Assembly: GCA_965200245.1 (NCBI GenBank)
Contig: CBDATS010000004.1
Coordinates: forward strand, 1,280,001 to 1,344,000
Source: a bacterium
GTDB lineage: Bacteria > UBA8248
Length of the DNA: 64,000 nucleotides
Reading direction: 5' to 3'
The position numbers were made by a program, and so were the translations under genes. Numbering within the stretch: position 1 is the stretch's first letter; each line of letters begins with the position of its first letter. Shown in pieces: positions 61,087 through 64,000 of the stretch. The notes under the pieces were generated by a model. The model was not told where the DNA came from and ran no database searches. It saw only the letters and a program-made list of their open reading frames with translations.

Positions 61087-61398
61087 AAGACCCGGGCGAC
61101 ATGGCCGGAAAAAACCCAGGGCGTGCAGCAGTTCGTGTACGATGACACAGACGGTTCTTTCTTCAGGGAAACCACGGACCCTCTCGCTGTCTATCAACAT
61201 GTGAGAAGAATCGGCCTCCGGCACTTCGCCCCGCCGCGTTCGAGAATTGTACCAGGAAAATGTCTGCGATTGCGTATTGCCGACCACGTTCTCGCCGGGC
61301 GGCGACATCCCGGCTCCGTTCCATCGCACCGCCGTTACCGCTCCATCGCTATAGTCATTTGCCGACAATCCCGATATATTGTCCGCTGTCAAACGCAC
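61087..61398 (-). pseudogene. Fragment of a zinc metallopeptidase gene
   Basis: Antisense ORF carrying IVHELLHALGF; shifting one base in the T6 run gives HELLHALGFSGH. Confidence 0.45.
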
Positions 61399-61446
61399 AT
61401 GTTCCTGTTTTCACTTCGCGCGGAGATTTTCGGGGAGGAAGCTCTC

Positions 61447-62481
61447 ATGAAGGCCATGGCGTTGCGGGAAAAAGGTGCGCCATTTTCCTTGGAGGACGTG
61501 CCCGACCCCAGGCCCGGGGATGGAGAGGCCGTGGCACGCGTCATCGCCTGCGGCTCGGGCCTCACGATCCACCACGCGCGTGCAGGCCGCGTGGAGATCG
61601 ACTACCCGATGATCATCGGCCACGAAGTGGTGGGCGAGATCGTCGAGACGGGTAGCGGGGTCTCGAACCTGGAGGTGGGCGACATCGTGACCTTCCACTG
61701 CTATCTCACGTGCGGGCATTGTCGCTGGTGCCGGGTGAACAGGGAACCCATATGCGACAACATGGCCGGTTTCATCGGCAGACACCGCGACGGTGGCTAC
61801 GCAGAATACATCAACCTTCCCGCGCGGAATTACGTCCATATACCGGAGACCCTGGATTACAGGGCGCACCCCGCCGAGGTGGCCGTCATCTGCGACGCCA
61901 TCGTCACTCCCTACAAGGTATTGCGTCGCGCGAGGATTGAGCCGATGGAGACCGTCGCCGTCATCGGTGCGGGCGGCGGCGTGGGGATCCACATGGTAAT
62001 GCTCGCCCGCTGGGCGAACGCGCGCGTCATCGCCGTGGACGTTTCCGGGGAAAAACTCGCCAAGTGCATGGAAATCGGGGCAGAGGCAGTCGTCGACGTC
62101 TCGAAGGACGACCTGACCGAAGCCCTCCTCGAACTCACGGGCGGCGTGGGCGTGAACGTGGCGATCGATTTCGTATCGCAGGACACCACACTTGAAGCGG
62201 CAGCTGCAGCCCTCGACAGGGGTGGCCGCCTGGTGACGCTCGGCGGTTTCACGCCCCGGCCGTTTCGTCTCTCCGCAGGCAGTCTCCTGAACGGGGAACT
62301 CGAGATCATGGGCAGCCGATCGTTCACCAGGCAGGAGATCATCGAATCACTCGAACTATGCGCGCGCGGAGAAGTCTGGCCGCTGGTGACGGAGACCTAC
62401 CGGCTCGAAGAGGCCGAAAAAGTGCATGAACGCCTGGAGGCGGGCGTGATTACGGGCCGCGCGGCCATTGTGATGGACTAG
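61447..62481 (+). CDS. Zn-dependent alcohol dehydrogenase (MDR family)
   Basis: GHEVVG, structural Zn motif CGHCRWC..C, GAGGGVG; start at ATG 61447. Confidence 0.9.
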   Translation: MKAMALREKGAPFSLEDVPDPRPGDGEAVARVIACGSGLTIHHARAGRVEIDYPMIIGHEVVGEIVETGSGVSNLEVGDIVTFHCYLTCGHCRWCRVNREPICDNMAGFIGRHRDGGYAEYINLPARNYVHIPETLDYRAHPAEVAVICDAIVTPYKVLRRARIEPMETVAVIGAGGGVGIHMVMLARWANARVIAVDVSGEKLAKCMEIGAEAVVDVSKDDLTEALLELTGGVGVNVAIDFVSQDTTLEAAAAALDRGGRLVTLGGFTPRPFRLSAGSLLNGELEIMGSRSFTRQEIIESLELCARGEVWPLVTETYRLEEAEKVHERLEAGVITGRAAIVMD

Positions 62482-62511
62482 GCGTATTTCACTGGACACC
62501 AAAGGCGGACG

Positions 62512-63687
62512 ATGGATTTCACCCTCACAGAAAGACAGCTTGAACTACAGAAACTCGCGCACGATTACGCAGAAAACGAACTGCGACCCCACGTACGCGA
62601 GCGCGAACGAATCACTGACCCGGGCGAACGGTTCCCCTGGGATATCCTCGAAACCGGGAGCAGGCTCGGCCTGCGGACACTGTCCATTCCCGAGGAGAAA
62701 GGCGGCGGCGGGGCCGACATTCTCACGCTTTGCATCGTGGGCGAGGAGATCGGCTGGGGGGATTTGGGCGTGGCCGTCACCTTCGATCAGACCTGGAAGG
62801 TCATTCATTTTCTCGACATTGTCTGGAACGAGACGCAGCGCGAAAAATTCCTGCCCGCATTCCTCGAGGATCACCGCTTCCACCTCGCCGTGGGGATGAC
62901 GGAGCCCGAGGTAGGCTCCGAGAACTTCATCCCCGAAGAAGGCCCGGGACTCGGCGTCCGCACGAGCGCGGTGCGGGACGGGGAGGACTGGATAATCAAC
63001 GGCAGGAAACATTATATCAGCAACGGCGGCATCGCCAGGCTCTACGTTCTCGTATGCCGCACGGATCCCACCGTCGGCGTATCGCAGGGCGTCACCTACT
63101 TCATGGTGACGCCGGGGATGGCGGGATTTTCCATCGGCAGGATTCACGAGAAGATGGGCCAGCAACTCTCCCAGAATGCGGAACTCATCTTCGAGAACTG
63201 CCGCGTTTCGGACGATTACCGCGTCACGGCGGTAGGCGGGGGCGTGGCGGCCCGTTCGGGTCCATTCTCGCGCGGTTCGGTAATCGAATCCGCTGCCACG
63301 GCACTGGGTCCCGCCCGCGCGTCCTATGAGGACGCCCTCGAATTCGCAAAGACGAGAATTCAGGGCGGGAAACCCATCATCGAACACCAGGGTGTGGGCT
63401 TCATGCTTGCGGACTGCTTCGTCGAGTACGAGGCATCGCGCCGAATGCTGCACTACGCCGCCTGGCGGGCGATGCGCGAGGGCTACGACCCGAAGCTCGG
63501 CTACATGGCGAAGGCCTACGCATCGGAAGCCGGTTTCCGCATCGCAACGCGCGCGCTCGAGATTTGGGGCGGAACGGGCTACATGACGGACGCGCCGATG
63601 GAGAAATACCTGCGCGACGTCATCAGTTTCCTCCACTCCGCGGGCACCAACCAGGCGCAGCGGATCCGCACCATGAAGTATTTCTGA
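62512..63687 (+). CDS. Acyl-CoA dehydrogenase-fold flavoprotein
   Basis: MTEPEVGSE, INGRKHYISNG, RIQGGKPIIEHQ, WGGTGYM..APMEKYLRD. Confidence 0.88.
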   Translation: MDFTLTERQLELQKLAHDYAENELRPHVRERERITDPGERFPWDILETGSRLGLRTLSIPEEKGGGGADILTLCIVGEEIGWGDLGVAVTFDQTWKVIHFLDIVWNETQREKFLPAFLEDHRFHLAVGMTEPEVGSENFIPEEGPGLGVRTSAVRDGEDWIINGRKHYISNGGIARLYVLVCRTDPTVGVSQGVTYFMVTPGMAGFSIGRIHEKMGQQLSQNAELIFENCRVSDDYRVTAVGGGVAARSGPFSRGSVIESAATALGPARASYEDALEFAKTRIQGGKPIIEHQGVGFMLADCFVEYEASRRMLHYAAWRAMREGYDPKLGYMAKAYASEAGFRIATRALEIWGGTGYMTDAPMEKYLRDVISFLHSAGTNQAQRIRTMKYF

Positions 63688-63757
63688 TCACGAAACGCAT
63701 GTTTCTGTCTCGGTTCTCATTCTCTGGGGGCGCAGGCCCCGAAAGGCAGGGTGCAAC

Positions 63758-64000
63758 ATGAACGAGAAGATAGCGGTACTGGGTGCAGGCGCCATTGGCG
63801 GCAGCGTGGCCGCCGATTTGACCGACGCGGGTCTGGACGTCACCGTCATCGACCAATGGCCCGGGCACGTGGAGGTGATGCGGGAGAAGGGTCTGCATGT
63901 CGAGATGCCGGATCTGGACCTGAAAACGCCGCCCCTGCACGCCCACCATCTGTGCGAACTGGCCTCGCTCAGGACGACCTTCGACATTGTTTTGCTCATC
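63758..64000 (+). CDS. Ketopantoate reductase family (3'-partial; absent from the ORF track)
   Basis: ATG 63758: MNEKIAVLGAGAIGGSVAADLTDAGLDVTVIDQWPGHVE...; runs off the window end. Confidence 0.85.
   Translation, partial: MNEKIAVLGAGAIGGSVAADLTDAGLDVTVIDQWPGHVEVMREKGLHVEMPDLDLKTPPLHAHHLCELASLRTTFDIVLLI

Noticed and set aside
1-64000. CRISPR arrays, rRNA genes, integrases, transposases or prophage genes
   Set aside because: No regularly spaced direct repeats, rRNA-like tracts or mobile-element protein motifs were seen.

Overview
Bacterial chromosomal window, GC-rich and densely coding. Bases 1-33.9 kb are mostly intact housekeeping and metabolic genes: gyrA 3' end, truD, mutY, a complete iscR-iscS-iscU-iscA-hscB-hscA-fdx-iscX cluster, rsmI, engB/yihA, an endonuclease IV, trxB, a lone nuoI, pncB and nrnA. 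This part also holds a glutaredoxin-like selenoprotein (in-frame TGA in a UxxC motif plus a SECIS-like hairpin) that the ORF track truncates. Bases ~34.0-41.6 kb form an accessory island ending at the 3' end of tRNA-Ser(GGA). It carries two nitrile-hydratase-leader (NHLP) RiPP precursors with very short Trp-containing cores, a putative prenyltransferase-like maturase, class III CoA-transferase(s), a cytokinin-dehydrogenase-like FAD oxidase, a fatty acid desaturase and an ABC exporter remnant; most of these are disrupted. Divergent from the tRNA is a compact unannotated unit: a 16-nt perfect complement of the typical 16S 3' tail, a 12-codon ORF, a multi-stem RNA fold and a terminator. Bases 42-64 kb hold catabolic genes (TPP enzyme, LigAB-type dioxygenase, three atypical acyl-CoA dehydrogenase-fold proteins, DHDPS-family aldolase, class IV aminotransferase) mixed with several pseudogenes, including an autotransporter and an LVIVD protein. 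All calls come from reading motifs by eye; no database search was run.
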